DNA from: an uncultured Clostridia bacterium
GTDB lineage: Bacteria > Bacillota > Clostridia > TANB77 > CAG-508
Direction: 5' to 3'
Length of the DNA stretch: 64,000 bases
Assembly: GCA_934141555.1 (NCBI GenBank)
Contig: CAKPCK010000007.1
Coordinates: 3,155 to 67,154, forward strand
The stretch's first letter is position 1, and each line of letters begins with the position of its first letter. Of the stretch, positions 9,512-18,586 are shown in pieces. The notes beneath the pieces were generated by a model, which had not been told where the DNA came from, searched no databases, and saw nothing but the letters and a program-made list of their open reading frames with translations. Position numbers and translations under genes: made by a program.

Positions 9512-9913
9512 CTATCTCTTTGAGAATTGAGGTGCTTTTCTTGCTTTTTTTAGACCATATTTCTTTCTTTCTTTCATACGAGAATCTCTTGTTAAGAATC
9601 CGTTTGATTTTAAAGCAGGTCTATATTCAGCATTAGCTTCATTTAAAGCTCTAGCGATACCATGTCTAACTGCACCAGCTTGACCAGTAACACCTCCACC
9701 ATAAACAGAACAAACAACATCATATTTTGTTAATGTATTTGTAACTGTTAATGGTTGTCTAACAATAACTTTTAAAGTATCTAAATCGAAATATTCTTCG
9801 ATATCTTTTCCATTTATTGTTATTTTTCCAGTTCCTTCAACTAATCTAACTCTAGCTACTGAACTTTTTCTTCTACCTGTACCTAAGTATGTTATTTTAT
9901 TTGACTTAGCCAT
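9512..9913 (-). CDS. rpsI: 30S ribosomal protein S9
   Basis: [14 protein letters not shown]...[19 protein letters not shown]...[17 protein letters not shown] is unmistakable. Confidence 0.97.
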   Translation of the reverse strand: MAKSNKITYLGTGRRKSSVARVRLVEGTGKITINGKDIEEYFDLDTLKVIVRQPLTVTNTLTKYDVVCSVYGGGVTGQAGAVRHGIARALNEANAEYRPALKSNGFLTRDSRMKERKKYGLKKARKAPQFSKR

Positions 9914-9930
9914 TATTGTTCCTCCTTAAA

Positions 9931-10365
9931 TTAAAAATTCCAAATTTCTGGTTTTTGTGCTTGAAGATTGTGTTCGCTTCCAGCAAATGTTCTTAATTTT
10001 GTTGCCATTTGTCTTCCTAAAGAAGTATGTGGCAACATTCCTTTAACAGCTAACATCATAGCTTTTTCTGGATTTTTTGCCATCATTACAGCAGCTGGAG
10101 TTTCTTTCATTCCTCCAATATATCCTGAATGATGTCTGTAAATTTTTGAATTCATTTTATTTCCTGTTAATTTTGCGTCTTTGCAATTAATGATGATAAC
10201 ATTATCACCTGTATCAATATTTGGTGTGAAAGTTGGTTTATGTTTTCCTCTAAGTAATCTAGCAGCTTCAGTAGCAACTCTACCAAGTGGCTTGTCTGTA
10301 GCATCGATTATATACCATTTTCTTTCAACTTCTGATTTTTTTGCACTATATGTAACATTGTTCAT
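9931..10365 (-). CDS. rplM: 50S ribosomal protein L13
   Basis: RKWYIIDA...[22 protein letters not shown]...[10 protein letters not shown]. Confidence 0.97.
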   Translation of the reverse strand: MNNVTYSAKKSEVERKWYIIDATDKPLGRVATEAARLLRGKHKPTFTPNIDTGDNVIIINCKDAKLTGNKMNSKIYRHHSGYIGGMKETPAAVMMAKNPEKAMMLAVKGMLPHTSLGRQMATKLRTFAGSEHNLQAQKPEIWNF

Positions 10366-10585
10366 GGTAGTACTAATCCTCCTATTTAAAATTTTAATTT
10401 TATTTATATGAAATTTAAATTTTAAACTACCGGGGAGAAGTTCAAATTTAAATCATATTTCAATATTCACTCAAATATTTTAATACAAAATGTGATTTTT
10501 GTCAATGAATTTTATTAAAGTTATTGATATTTTTGGTTTTTATGTATATAATTTACAAGATTGAATTGATAGTTAGGAGGACAAA

Positions 10586-12214
10586 ATGACTGAAGAAAAA
10601 ACAAAAGTAAAAAAAGAAAGTTTTATGCAAGGTGTAATGACTATAATGTTTTCTCAAATTTTGATAAAAGTTTTGGGATTAATATATACATTATATTTAA
10701 CAAATAGAGATGGTTTTGGAGATGCAGGAAATGCAATATATATTAGTGGATATCAAATATATGCATTATTACTTACAATTTCATCAATAGGTGTACCAAA
10801 TGCAATATCTAAATTAGTTTCAGAAAGATTAGCATTAGGAGATAATAAAGGTGCTAATAGAATATTTAAAGTAGCATTAGCAACTTTTGGAATAATTGGT
10901 GCAATTGGAACAATGTTATTATTTTTTGGAGCACATACGATTGCATATAATTGGATTCAAATTCCAGAAGCAGAACTAACATTAATTGCACTATCACCAG
11001 CAATATTTTTCGTATCAATATCATCTGTATTTAGAGGATATTTTAATGGTAGAAGAACATTAAAAATTACAGCAAGAGCCCAGACATTAGAACAAATATT
11101 TAAAACAGTATTGACTATAGTAATAGTAGAGATTGTTGCATATGTAACATCAACTTCAACAGAAATGATGGCTGCAGGAGCAAATGTGGCAACAACAATA
11201 GCAACATTTTCAAGTTTTGCATATATGTTTATATATTATAGAACAAAAAGAAAAGAAATTGGAAATGAAATTGCTCAAACAGTAAATTATAAATATGAAG
11301 ATGTAAAAACAATTGTAAAGAAAATTTTAATGGTATCAATTCCGCTAACATTAAGCTCAATAATGACATCATTTAATAAAAATATAGATTCATTTACAGT
11401 AAAAAGAATATTGAATACATATCTATCATCAGATGTAGCCAAAAAATTATATGGGATATTAGGTGGGAAAGTTGATACAATAACAAATTTGCCACTTGCA
11501 ATAAATATTGCATTTTCAACAGCTTTAGTACCAGCAATATCAGCAGCAAAAGCTAAAAATGATCATGAAACAGCAACAAAAAGAGTATCATTCTCATTGA
11601 TGACATCAATGTTAATTGGACTTCCATGTGTAATTGGATTAGTTGTATTTGCACAACCAATTTTAAATTTATTATATCCAAGGGCAAATGAAGGAGCACT
11701 ATTGTTAAAACTTGTTGCAATTGGTGTAATATTCTCAATATTAAATCAAACAATAAGTGGAGCATTACAAGGATTCGGAAAAGTAATGGTTCCAGCATTT
11801 GCATTAGGAGCTGGATGTGTAGTTAAATTAATATTAAATTTGATTTTATTAAGAATACCATCATTAAATGTATACGGTGCAGCAATTGCAACAATTGCAT
11901 GTCATGCAACAGCATTTACAATAGTATTTATAGTATTACAAAAATATATAAAATTAGATTTACCATTTAAGAAATTTGTTGTTAAACCAGGAATTGCAGC
12001 AGGTATAATGGGAGTATGTTCATATACAATTTATACTTTATTAAACAATACATTTTTACATGGAAATAAGGCAACAATAATTTCAATAATATTTGCTGTT
12101 ATAGTATATTTGATGGCAGTAGTTGCACTAAAGATTTATAGTAAAGAAGACATAAAAATGCTTCCAAAAGGTGATAAACTTTTAAATATTTTAACAAAAA
12201 TGAAAATTTATTAA
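10586..12214 (+). CDS. MOP-superfamily flippase (SpoVB / MurJ-like polysaccharide biosynthesis protein)
   Basis: 542 aa with about 14 TM segments. N-terminus (GVMTIMFSQILIKVLGLIYTLYLTN...G) and overall pattern are typical of SpoVB/MurJ-type proteins. Confidence 0.6.
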   Translation: MTEEKTKVKKESFMQGVMTIMFSQILIKVLGLIYTLYLTNRDGFGDAGNAIYISGYQIYALLLTISSIGVPNAISKLVSERLALGDNKGANRIFKVALATFGIIGAIGTMLLFFGAHTIAYNWIQIPEAELTLIALSPAIFFVSISSVFRGYFNGRRTLKITARAQTLEQIFKTVLTIVIVEIVAYVTSTSTEMMAAGANVATTIATFSSFAYMFIYYRTKRKEIGNEIAQTVNYKYEDVKTIVKKILMVSIPLTLSSIMTSFNKNIDSFTVKRILNTYLSSDVAKKLYGILGGKVDTITNLPLAINIAFSTALVPAISAAKAKNDHETATKRVSFSLMTSMLIGLPCVIGLVVFAQPILNLLYPRANEGALLLKLVAIGVIFSILNQTISGALQGFGKVMVPAFALGAGCVVKLILNLILLRIPSLNVYGAAIATIACHATAFTIVFIVLQKYIKLDLPFKKFVVKPGIAAGIMGVCSYTIYTLLNNTFLHGNKATIISIIFAVIVYLMAVVALKIYSKEDIKMLPKGDKLLNILTKMKIY

Positions 12215-12335
12215 AAAAAAAGAGGGATTTTATAATATTTTGGAGAATAAATAAACAGAAAAGTACAGATATTGCTTAAATACTGCAATATAAGTACATA
12301 TTATTATTACAAAAATATATAGGAGGTAATTCATA

Positions 12336-12611
12336 ATGAACAAAGCTGAATTAGTAGCAGCAATGTCTGCAAAAACAGGAGAATCAAAGAAAGTAACAGA
12401 AGAAACATTAAACGCATTTGTTGAAGTTGTTTCTGAAGCATTAAAAGGAGGAGACAAAATTCAATTAGTTGGATTTGGATCATTCGAAGTTAGAAAAAGA
12501 GCTGCAAGAAAAGGTAGAAATCCTCAAACTAAAGAAGAGATAAAAATACCTGCATCAAAAGCTCCAGTATTCAAAGCTGGTAAAGCATTAAAAGAAACAG
12601 TAAATAAATAA
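12336..12611 (+). CDS. hup: DNA-binding protein HU
   Basis: MNKAELV...VQLVGFGSFEVRKRAARKGRNPQTKEEIKIPASKAPVFKAGKALK. Confidence 0.95.
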   Translation: MNKAELVAAMSAKTGESKKVTEETLNAFVEVVSEALKGGDKIQLVGFGSFEVRKRAARKGRNPQTKEEIKIPASKAPVFKAGKALKETVNK

Positions 12612-12625
12612 TTGTTATATAGAAG

Positions 12626-12657
12626 CAGTTGGAAAATTTTTTTCTAACTGTTTTTTT
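12626..12657 (+). terminator. Intrinsic terminator after hup
   Basis: Stem cagttgga.../...tctaactg followed by ttttttt. Confidence 0.6.
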
Positions 12658-12741
12658 ATTTTCTATTGATTTTATTAATGATTATTGATATATTATATAT
12701 TAGTAATACAAATGATTGGAAAGGAAATTGAGTAAAATTAC

Positions 12742-13152
12742 ATGAAGAAAAGGTTATATAAAAAATTTAAAGAAGAAAAAGGAATAACTGGAATTGATGC
12801 TACAATTGCAGTTATTATATTAGTAGTTTTTGTTCCATTAGTTGCAAGTTTATTTGGAAATATTGCAAATGTATCTAAAAAAATTTCTAGAAAAGCAACA
12901 GCCACAAATATTGCTGTTCAAACAATAGAATCAATAAAAATGTTGCAATATGATTCTATTCAAGTAGGAGATATAGATATAGGAAGTATAAATGATGTGA
13001 GTGGAAGCTTAACTAATATTCCTAATGGATATAGTGTTAAAATAAATGTTGTAAAAAATTTAAAAAATAAAGAGGTAGAAGTAAGTGTTAGTTATCCTGA
13101 AGATTCATCAACAGAAACACTGAAATTAATAACTAAAATATATCAAGATTAA
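12742..13152 (+). CDS. Prepilin-like small protein (orphan, outside the pilus locus)
   Basis: MKKRLYKKFKEEKG|ITGIDATIAVIILVVFVPLVASLF has a basic leader, a Gly, an acidic Asp at +5, then a hydrophobic helix. Confidence 0.4.
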   Translation: MKKRLYKKFKEEKGITGIDATIAVIILVVFVPLVASLFGNIANVSKKISRKATATNIAVQTIESIKMLQYDSIQVGDIDIGSINDVSGSLTNIPNGYSVKINVVKNLKNKEVEVSVSYPEDSSTETLKLITKIYQD

Positions 13153-13176
13153 ATACTTTAGAAAGGAAAAATTTAA

Positions 13177-13404
13177 ATGGAAGAAAATAATTTTGAAAAA
13201 TCAATGGAAAGTTTAGAAAAAATAGTAACAGAATTAGAAAATGGTGAGTTGAATTTGGATGAATCTGTGAAAAAATTTGAAGAAGGAATGAAAATAGCTC
13301 AAAAATGTAATAATATTTTAGAAGATGCAGAAAAGAAAATAACAATTTTACTAGAAAAAAATGGTGATCTAGAAGAAAATTCTTTTGATGTAAACAATGA
13401 ATAA
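13177..13404 (+). CDS. xseB: Exodeoxyribonuclease VII small subunit
   Basis: 75 aa. FEKSMESLEKIVTELENGELNLDESVKKFEEGMKIAQKC is the typical XseB pattern. Confidence 0.85.
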   Translation: MEENNFEKSMESLEKIVTELENGELNLDESVKKFEEGMKIAQKCNNILEDAEKKITILLEKNGDLEENSFDVNNE

Positions 13405-13421
13405 TAGGAGATAAAAGCATA

Positions 13422-13862
13422 ATGAATAATTTTCAAAAAATGATTACAAATAAATATTTGTATATACCATTAATATTATGGTTTTGTATACAAACATTTA
13501 AAGTAATATATGAACTAATAAAAACAAAAAAATTTAATTTTAAGAGAATAGTAGGAGCAGGAGGAATGCCAAGCTCACATTCAGCAGTAGCAATGTGTAT
13601 AGCTACAATGATAGGAAAAGCAGAGGGATTTGATTCTAACATATTTGCACTTGCACTAATTTTTGCATTAGTTGTTATGTATGATGCAGCAGGAGTAAGA
13701 AGAGCAGCTGGAAAACAAGCAAAATTACTAAATAAAATAATTGAAACACCAGGTCTTACTAATGTTCAAGTCCAAGAAAAACTTGTAGAAGTACTAGGAC
13801 ATACACCAATCCAAGTATTTGTAGGAGCTTTTCTTGGAATTATTGTTGGCTTATTTACATAA
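13422..13862 (+). CDS. Divergent PAP2 / DUF212 family membrane protein
   Basis: GGMPSSHSA...YDAAGVRRAAGKQA...GHTPIQV motifs. Confidence 0.8.
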   Translation: MNNFQKMITNKYLYIPLILWFCIQTFKVIYELIKTKKFNFKRIVGAGGMPSSHSAVAMCIATMIGKAEGFDSNIFALALIFALVVMYDAAGVRRAAGKQAKLLNKIIETPGLTNVQVQEKLVEVLGHTPIQVFVGAFLGIIVGLFT

Positions 13863-13887
13863 TATTAATGAGAAAGGATGAGAAAAA

Positions 13888-15540
13888 ATGACAGATATAG
13901 AAATTGCAAAACAAGTAAATCTTGAAAATATATTAGACATAGCCAAAAAAACAAATATAGATGAAAATGATGTAGAATTGTATGGAAAATACAAGGCAAA
14001 AATATCAAATTTTGAAAAATATAGTAAAAATTCAAAAGGAAAATTAGTATTAGTAACTGCAATGAGTCCAACACCTTTAGGAGAAGGAAAAACAACGATA
14101 TCAATAGCAATTGCAGATGGATTAAGAAAAATCGGCAAAAAATCAATATTAGCATTAAGAGAACCATCATTAGGGCCAGTATTTGGAATGAAAGGTGGAG
14201 CAACAGGTGGAGGTCATGCTCAAGTTGCTCCAATGGAAGATATAAATTTACATTTCACAGGTGATATACATGCAATAACATCTGCAAATAATTTATTATC
14301 AGCAATGATAGATAATCATATATATTATGGAAATAAGTTACAAATAGAAAAAGTAGTATGGAAAAGATGTATAGATTTAAATGATAGACAATTGAGAAAA
14401 ATCCAAACAGGACTATCAGGAGAAAGTAAAATAGTTCCAAGAGAAGATGGATTTGATATATCAGTTGCTTCAGAGATAATGGCAATAGTATGTTTATCTG
14501 AAGATATTGAAGAATTAAAACAAAGACTTGGAAATATAATAATAGGATATAATAAAGACGAAAAACCAATATTTGCTAAAGATTTAAAGGCAGAAGGAGC
14601 AATGGCAGTATTATTAAAAGATGCAATAAAGCCAAATTTGGTACAAACACTAGAACATACGCCAGCTCTTATACATGGAGGTCCATTTGCTAATATTGCA
14701 CATGGATGTAATTCAATAATAGCGACAAAACTAGGGATGGGACTTGCTGAATATACAATAACAGAAGCTGGATTTGGATCAGATTTAGGAGCAGAAAAAT
14801 TTATTGATATTAAATGTAGAAAAGCTAAGATAAAACCAGATGTTGTAATATGTGTTGCAACAATAAAAGCATTAAAATATCATGGAGGAGTTCCTAAAGA
14901 AGAGATTTTAAATGAAAATATTGAAGCATTAAAAAAAGGAATGAATAATTTATATAAACATATTGATAATTTAAAAAATGTTTTTGGATTAAATGTAATA
15001 GTTGCAATAAATAAATTTAATACAGATACAGATGTTGAAATAAGATATGTAGAAAAAGAATTAACACAAAGAAGTATTCAAGTAGGTATTGTAGAAAGTT
15101 GGGCTAAAGGTGGAGATGGGGCGATAGATATTGCACAAAAAATAGTTAATATACCAGAAAAGCAAGAAATTAAGTATTGTTATGATTTAAATGATAGTAT
15201 AGTAGAAAAAATAAAGAAAGTAGCTCAAAACATCTATGGCGCAAAAAATGTAATATTTTGTGATGAAGCAATAAAAAAAGTAGAAAAAATAAAGAAATTA
15301 GGCTATGGAGATTTACCAATTTGTATTGCAAAAACACAATATTCGTTTTCAGATGATGCAAAAAATATAGAATGTAAAGAAAAATTTGATATAAATATTA
15401 AAGATATAGAACTAAAAGCAGGTGCAGGTTTTATTGTTGTTTATACAGGAAAAATAATGACAATGCCAGGGTTGCCACAGGTACCTTCAGCAGAAAATAT
15501 AGATATTTCAAAAAATGGAGATATAGTTGGGATTTTTTAA
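13888..15540 (+). CDS. fhs: Formate--tetrahydrofolate ligase
   Basis: TPLGEGKTT P-loop, EPSLGPVFGMKGGATGGG and PALIHGGPFANIAHG, about 550 aa. Confidence 0.97.
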   Translation: MTDIEIAKQVNLENILDIAKKTNIDENDVELYGKYKAKISNFEKYSKNSKGKLVLVTAMSPTPLGEGKTTISIAIADGLRKIGKKSILALREPSLGPVFGMKGGATGGGHAQVAPMEDINLHFTGDIHAITSANNLLSAMIDNHIYYGNKLQIEKVVWKRCIDLNDRQLRKIQTGLSGESKIVPREDGFDISVASEIMAIVCLSEDIEELKQRLGNIIIGYNKDEKPIFAKDLKAEGAMAVLLKDAIKPNLVQTLEHTPALIHGGPFANIAHGCNSIIATKLGMGLAEYTITEAGFGSDLGAEKFIDIKCRKAKIKPDVVICVATIKALKYHGGVPKEEILNENIEALKKGMNNLYKHIDNLKNVFGLNVIVAINKFNTDTDVEIRYVEKELTQRSIQVGIVESWAKGGDGAIDIAQKIVNIPEKQEIKYCYDLNDSIVEKIKKVAQNIYGAKNVIFCDEAIKKVEKIKKLGYGDLPICIAKTQYSFSDDAKNIECKEKFDINIKDIELKAGAGFIVVYTGKIMTMPGLPQVPSAENIDISKNGDIVGIF

Positions 15541-15617
15541 ATAATTGGAAACAGAGCACATGTAATGATAAAATATTTTTACAAAAACTGAATTGTAGAA
15601 AAGGAATGTAACTAGAA

Positions 15618-16517
15618 ATGAATGAAAAAATAGGAGCAAGATTAGAATATTGTACAATATGTCCACATAATTGCAAAATTGATAGAACAAAAAATCCAGG
15701 AAGATGTAAATCAACAGATAAAATAAAAATAGCATTATATTCAATTCATAACTTTGAGGAACCATGTATAAGTGGTGAGAAAGGATCTGGAACAATCTTT
15801 TTCTCAAATTGCAATATGAATTGTGTATTTTGTCAAAATTATGAAATAAGTCAACTTGGAAGAGGAAAAGAAATAACAATAGAAGAACTTGCAGATATAA
15901 TGATAAAACAACAAGACAGAAATGTACAAAATATTAATTTAGTAACTCCAACATCATATACATTACATATAATAGAAGCAATCAAAATTGCAAGAAAAAA
16001 AGGTTTAAAAATTCCAATTGTATATAATACAAATGGTTATGAGAGTATAGAAACGTTAAAACTACTTGAAGGATATGTAGACATATATTTACCAGATTTG
16101 AAATATTATTATAATGATTTAGCAAAGAAATATTCAAAAATAGATAATTATTTTGAGATAGCTACAAAAGCAATTCAAGAAATGTATAGACAAGTTGGAG
16201 TACCAGTACTTGATGAAAATGGAGTTATGAAAAAAGGATTAATGATAAGACATTTAATATTACCAAATGAAGTACAAAATAGCAAAAAGGTTTTGAAATG
16301 GATTAAAGAAAATATAGACTCAAATGTATATGTAAGTATAATGGCACAATATTTCCCAACATATAAAGCGAAAGAAATACCAGAACTTGCACGAAAAATA
16401 ACTAAAGAAGAATATGAAAAAGTAGAAAATTATTTATATGAATTAGATTTAGAAAATGGATATATACAAGAATTAGGAGAACATGAAGAAGAATATGTAC
16501 CAACATGGGAATATTAG
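15618..16517 (+). CDS. Radical SAM protein, PflX-like (homolog of pyruvate formate-lyase activases)
   Basis: N-terminal CTICPHNCKIDR...GRCK plus the radical SAM CNMNCVFCQN motif, about 300 aa. Confidence 0.8.
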   Translation: MNEKIGARLEYCTICPHNCKIDRTKNPGRCKSTDKIKIALYSIHNFEEPCISGEKGSGTIFFSNCNMNCVFCQNYEISQLGRGKEITIEELADIMIKQQDRNVQNINLVTPTSYTLHIIEAIKIARKKGLKIPIVYNTNGYESIETLKLLEGYVDIYLPDLKYYYNDLAKKYSKIDNYFEIATKAIQEMYRQVGVPVLDENGVMKKGLMIRHLILPNEVQNSKKVLKWIKENIDSNVYVSIMAQYFPTYKAKEIPELARKITKEEYEKVENYLYELDLENGYIQELGEHEEEYVPTWEY

Positions 16518-16563
16518 GCTATGTTCTAAAAAGTAGAAAGAGTTATAGTGGAGGAAAAAAATA

Positions 16564-17055
16564 ATGTTAAGTATAATAGTAGCAAAAGCAAAGAATAATG
16601 TAATAGGAAAAAATAATGAATTAATAATGAAATTACCAGCAGAATCAAAAAAATTCAGAGAATTAACAGAAGGAAAAAATGTTATAATGGGAAGAAAAAC
16701 ATATGATATATTAGGAAAATATTTAAGAGAAAGAAATGTAATAGTATTTTCAAATAACCCAGATTTTAGAGTAAGTACACCAAATGCAAAAGTTGTTCAC
16801 TCAATGCTTGAGATTCAACAATATATAGAAGATAAAAATGAAAATTATGTAATAGGTGGTGCTATGATATATAGACTACTTATGCAATATGTAACAAAAC
16901 TATATGTGACTGAAATAGATAAAGATTTTGAAGGTGATGCAGTATTCCCAAGAATTAATGAAGAGGTTTGGAAAGAAGTTTCAAGAGATGAAGGACTAAA
17001 AGATGAAGATAATGATTTAACATATGATTTTATAACATATATAAAAAATAATTAG
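16564..17055 (+). CDS. folA: Dihydrofolate reductase (divergent)
   Basis: IVAKAKNNVIGKNNEL...LP...F.ELT.GK.VIMGRKTY...VIGGAMIY pattern, 163 aa. Confidence 0.8.
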   Translation: MLSIIVAKAKNNVIGKNNELIMKLPAESKKFRELTEGKNVIMGRKTYDILGKYLRERNVIVFSNNPDFRVSTPNAKVVHSMLEIQQYIEDKNENYVIGGAMIYRLLMQYVTKLYVTEIDKDFEGDAVFPRINEEVWKEVSRDEGLKDEDNDLTYDFITYIKNN

Positions 17056-17176
17056 ATAAAAAGTAAAATATATAAAAAATTTGTAAAAAATATAGACAAA
17101 ACTGAAAATTATGTATAAAATATACAAAGTATAATTGAAACAGAAGAAAACTGAACTTAAGAAAGGGGTAAAATCA

Positions 17177-18469
17177 ATGAAAATATTGATGCTTACATGG
17201 GAATATCCACCAAGAGTAGTTGGCGGAATATCAAGAGTAGTATATGACCTATCACATAGATTAATAAAAGATGGTCATGAAGTAACTGTAGTAACATACA
17301 GAGATGGGGAAGTTCCATATTATGAAGATGATAAAGGAGTAAAAGTTTATAGAGTAGATAATTATATGATTCAGCCAAATAACTTTATAGACTGGATATT
17401 ACAACTTAACTTTAATATGGTAGAAAAAGCAAGCCAAATAATTGCAGAACAAGGAAAATTTGATGTAATACATGCACATGATTGGCTAGTTGCCAATGCT
17501 GCAAAAACATTAAAACACTCATTTGATATCCCAATAGTAGCAACAATACATGCAACAGAAGCAGGAAGAAATAGTGGAATAAGAGAACCAAATCAAAAAT
17601 ACATAAATGATACAGAATGGATGCTTACATATGAAGCAAATGAAGTAATAGTAAATAGTAATTATATGAAAAGTGAAGTACAAAGATTGTTTGGATTACC
17701 ATTTGAAAAAATAAATGTTGTTCCAAATGGTGTAAATTTAAATAAATTTACTGGTATGGACAGAGATTATTCATTTAGAAGAAAATATGCAATGGATAAT
17801 GAAAAAATTATACTATTTATGGGAAGACTTGTATATGAAAAAGGTGTACAAAACTTAATTGCAGCAATGCCAAAAGTATTAGCTTCATATCATGATGCTA
17901 AATTAGTAATAGCAGGAAAAGGCGGAATGTTAGATGAACTAAAAGCACAAGCAGATTATTTAGGAATTTCAAATAAAGTATATTTTGCAGGATATATGAA
18001 TGGAAATGATGTAGAGAAAATGTATAAAGCAGCAGATATATCAGTATTTCCAAGTACATATGAACCATTTGGAATAGTAGCATTAGAAGGAATGTTGGCA
18101 GAAAGACCAATAGTAGTATCTGATGCTGGTGGATTGGGAGAAATAGTTGAACATAGAGTAACTGGAATGAAGAGTTATTGTGGAAATCCAAATTCAATTG
18201 CAGACTCAATATTAGAATTATTATTTAATCCTGAATTATGTGATAATATTGTAAAAAATGCTAAAATAAAAGTAAAAGAAAATTATAATTGGCAAAAAAT
18301 AGCACAAGATACACACTTTACATATCAAAAGGCAATATGTGAAACAATGGCAGAAAGACAAAAAAAGCAAATAGCACAGGAAAAAGCCAGAATTGAAAGA
18401 AAAAATATATCAACAGAAAAAGAAACAACTAATATATTACCTTTTAAAAAAAGACAAATATTTGCATAA
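17177..18469 (+). CDS. Glycosyltransferase family 4 (GT-B fold)
   Basis: MKILMLTWEYPPRVVGGISRVVYDL...FPSTYEPFGIVALEGM (E-x7-E region). I prefer the ATG at 17177 (RBS gaaagggg) over the TTG at 17135 in the ORF track. Confidence 0.8.
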   Translation: MKILMLTWEYPPRVVGGISRVVYDLSHRLIKDGHEVTVVTYRDGEVPYYEDDKGVKVYRVDNYMIQPNNFIDWILQLNFNMVEKASQIIAEQGKFDVIHAHDWLVANAAKTLKHSFDIPIVATIHATEAGRNSGIREPNQKYINDTEWMLTYEANEVIVNSNYMKSEVQRLFGLPFEKINVVPNGVNLNKFTGMDRDYSFRRKYAMDNEKIILFMGRLVYEKGVQNLIAAMPKVLASYHDAKLVIAGKGGMLDELKAQADYLGISNKVYFAGYMNGNDVEKMYKAADISVFPSTYEPFGIVALEGMLAERPIVVSDAGGLGEIVEHRVTGMKSYCGNPNSIADSILELLFNPELCDNIVKNAKIKVKENYNWQKIAQDTHFTYQKAICETMAERQKKQIAQEKARIERKNISTEKETTNILPFKKRQIFA

Positions 18470-18482
18470 AATATCATAAAAA

Positions 18483-18515
18483 ATAGCAAGGATAACTTGC
18501 TATTTTTATTTTTTT
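18483..18515 (+). terminator. Intrinsic terminator after the GT4 gene
   Basis: Stem atagcaag/cttgctat, loop gataa, then ttttatttttttatt. Confidence 0.65.
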
Positions 18516-18586
18516 ATTATAGAATATAACCATGTTTATAGGTAGCAAAATAAACCTAAATAAAATTACATAAGGCAAGGAATAAT

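Noticed and set aside
10366-10585. Possible ribosomal L13 (rplM) leader RNA, suggested by a GC-containing patch (ctaccggggagaag) upstream of rplM on the minus strand
   Set aside because: I cannot draw a convincing conserved structure or recall the family consensus well enough. An Infernal scan is needed.
13865-14233. Many Leu/Phe/Ile/Tyr-rich antisense ORFs in the track (for example 324-677, 4265-4612, 13865-14233, 18474-18821, 27584-27985, 37433-37930, 43330-43917, 50979-51479, 61581-62024, all minus)
   Set aside because: They are reverse complements of Lys/Glu/Asn-rich coding sequence in an AT-rich genome. They lack RBSs, lie entirely inside well-supported plus-strand genes, and have implausible composition.
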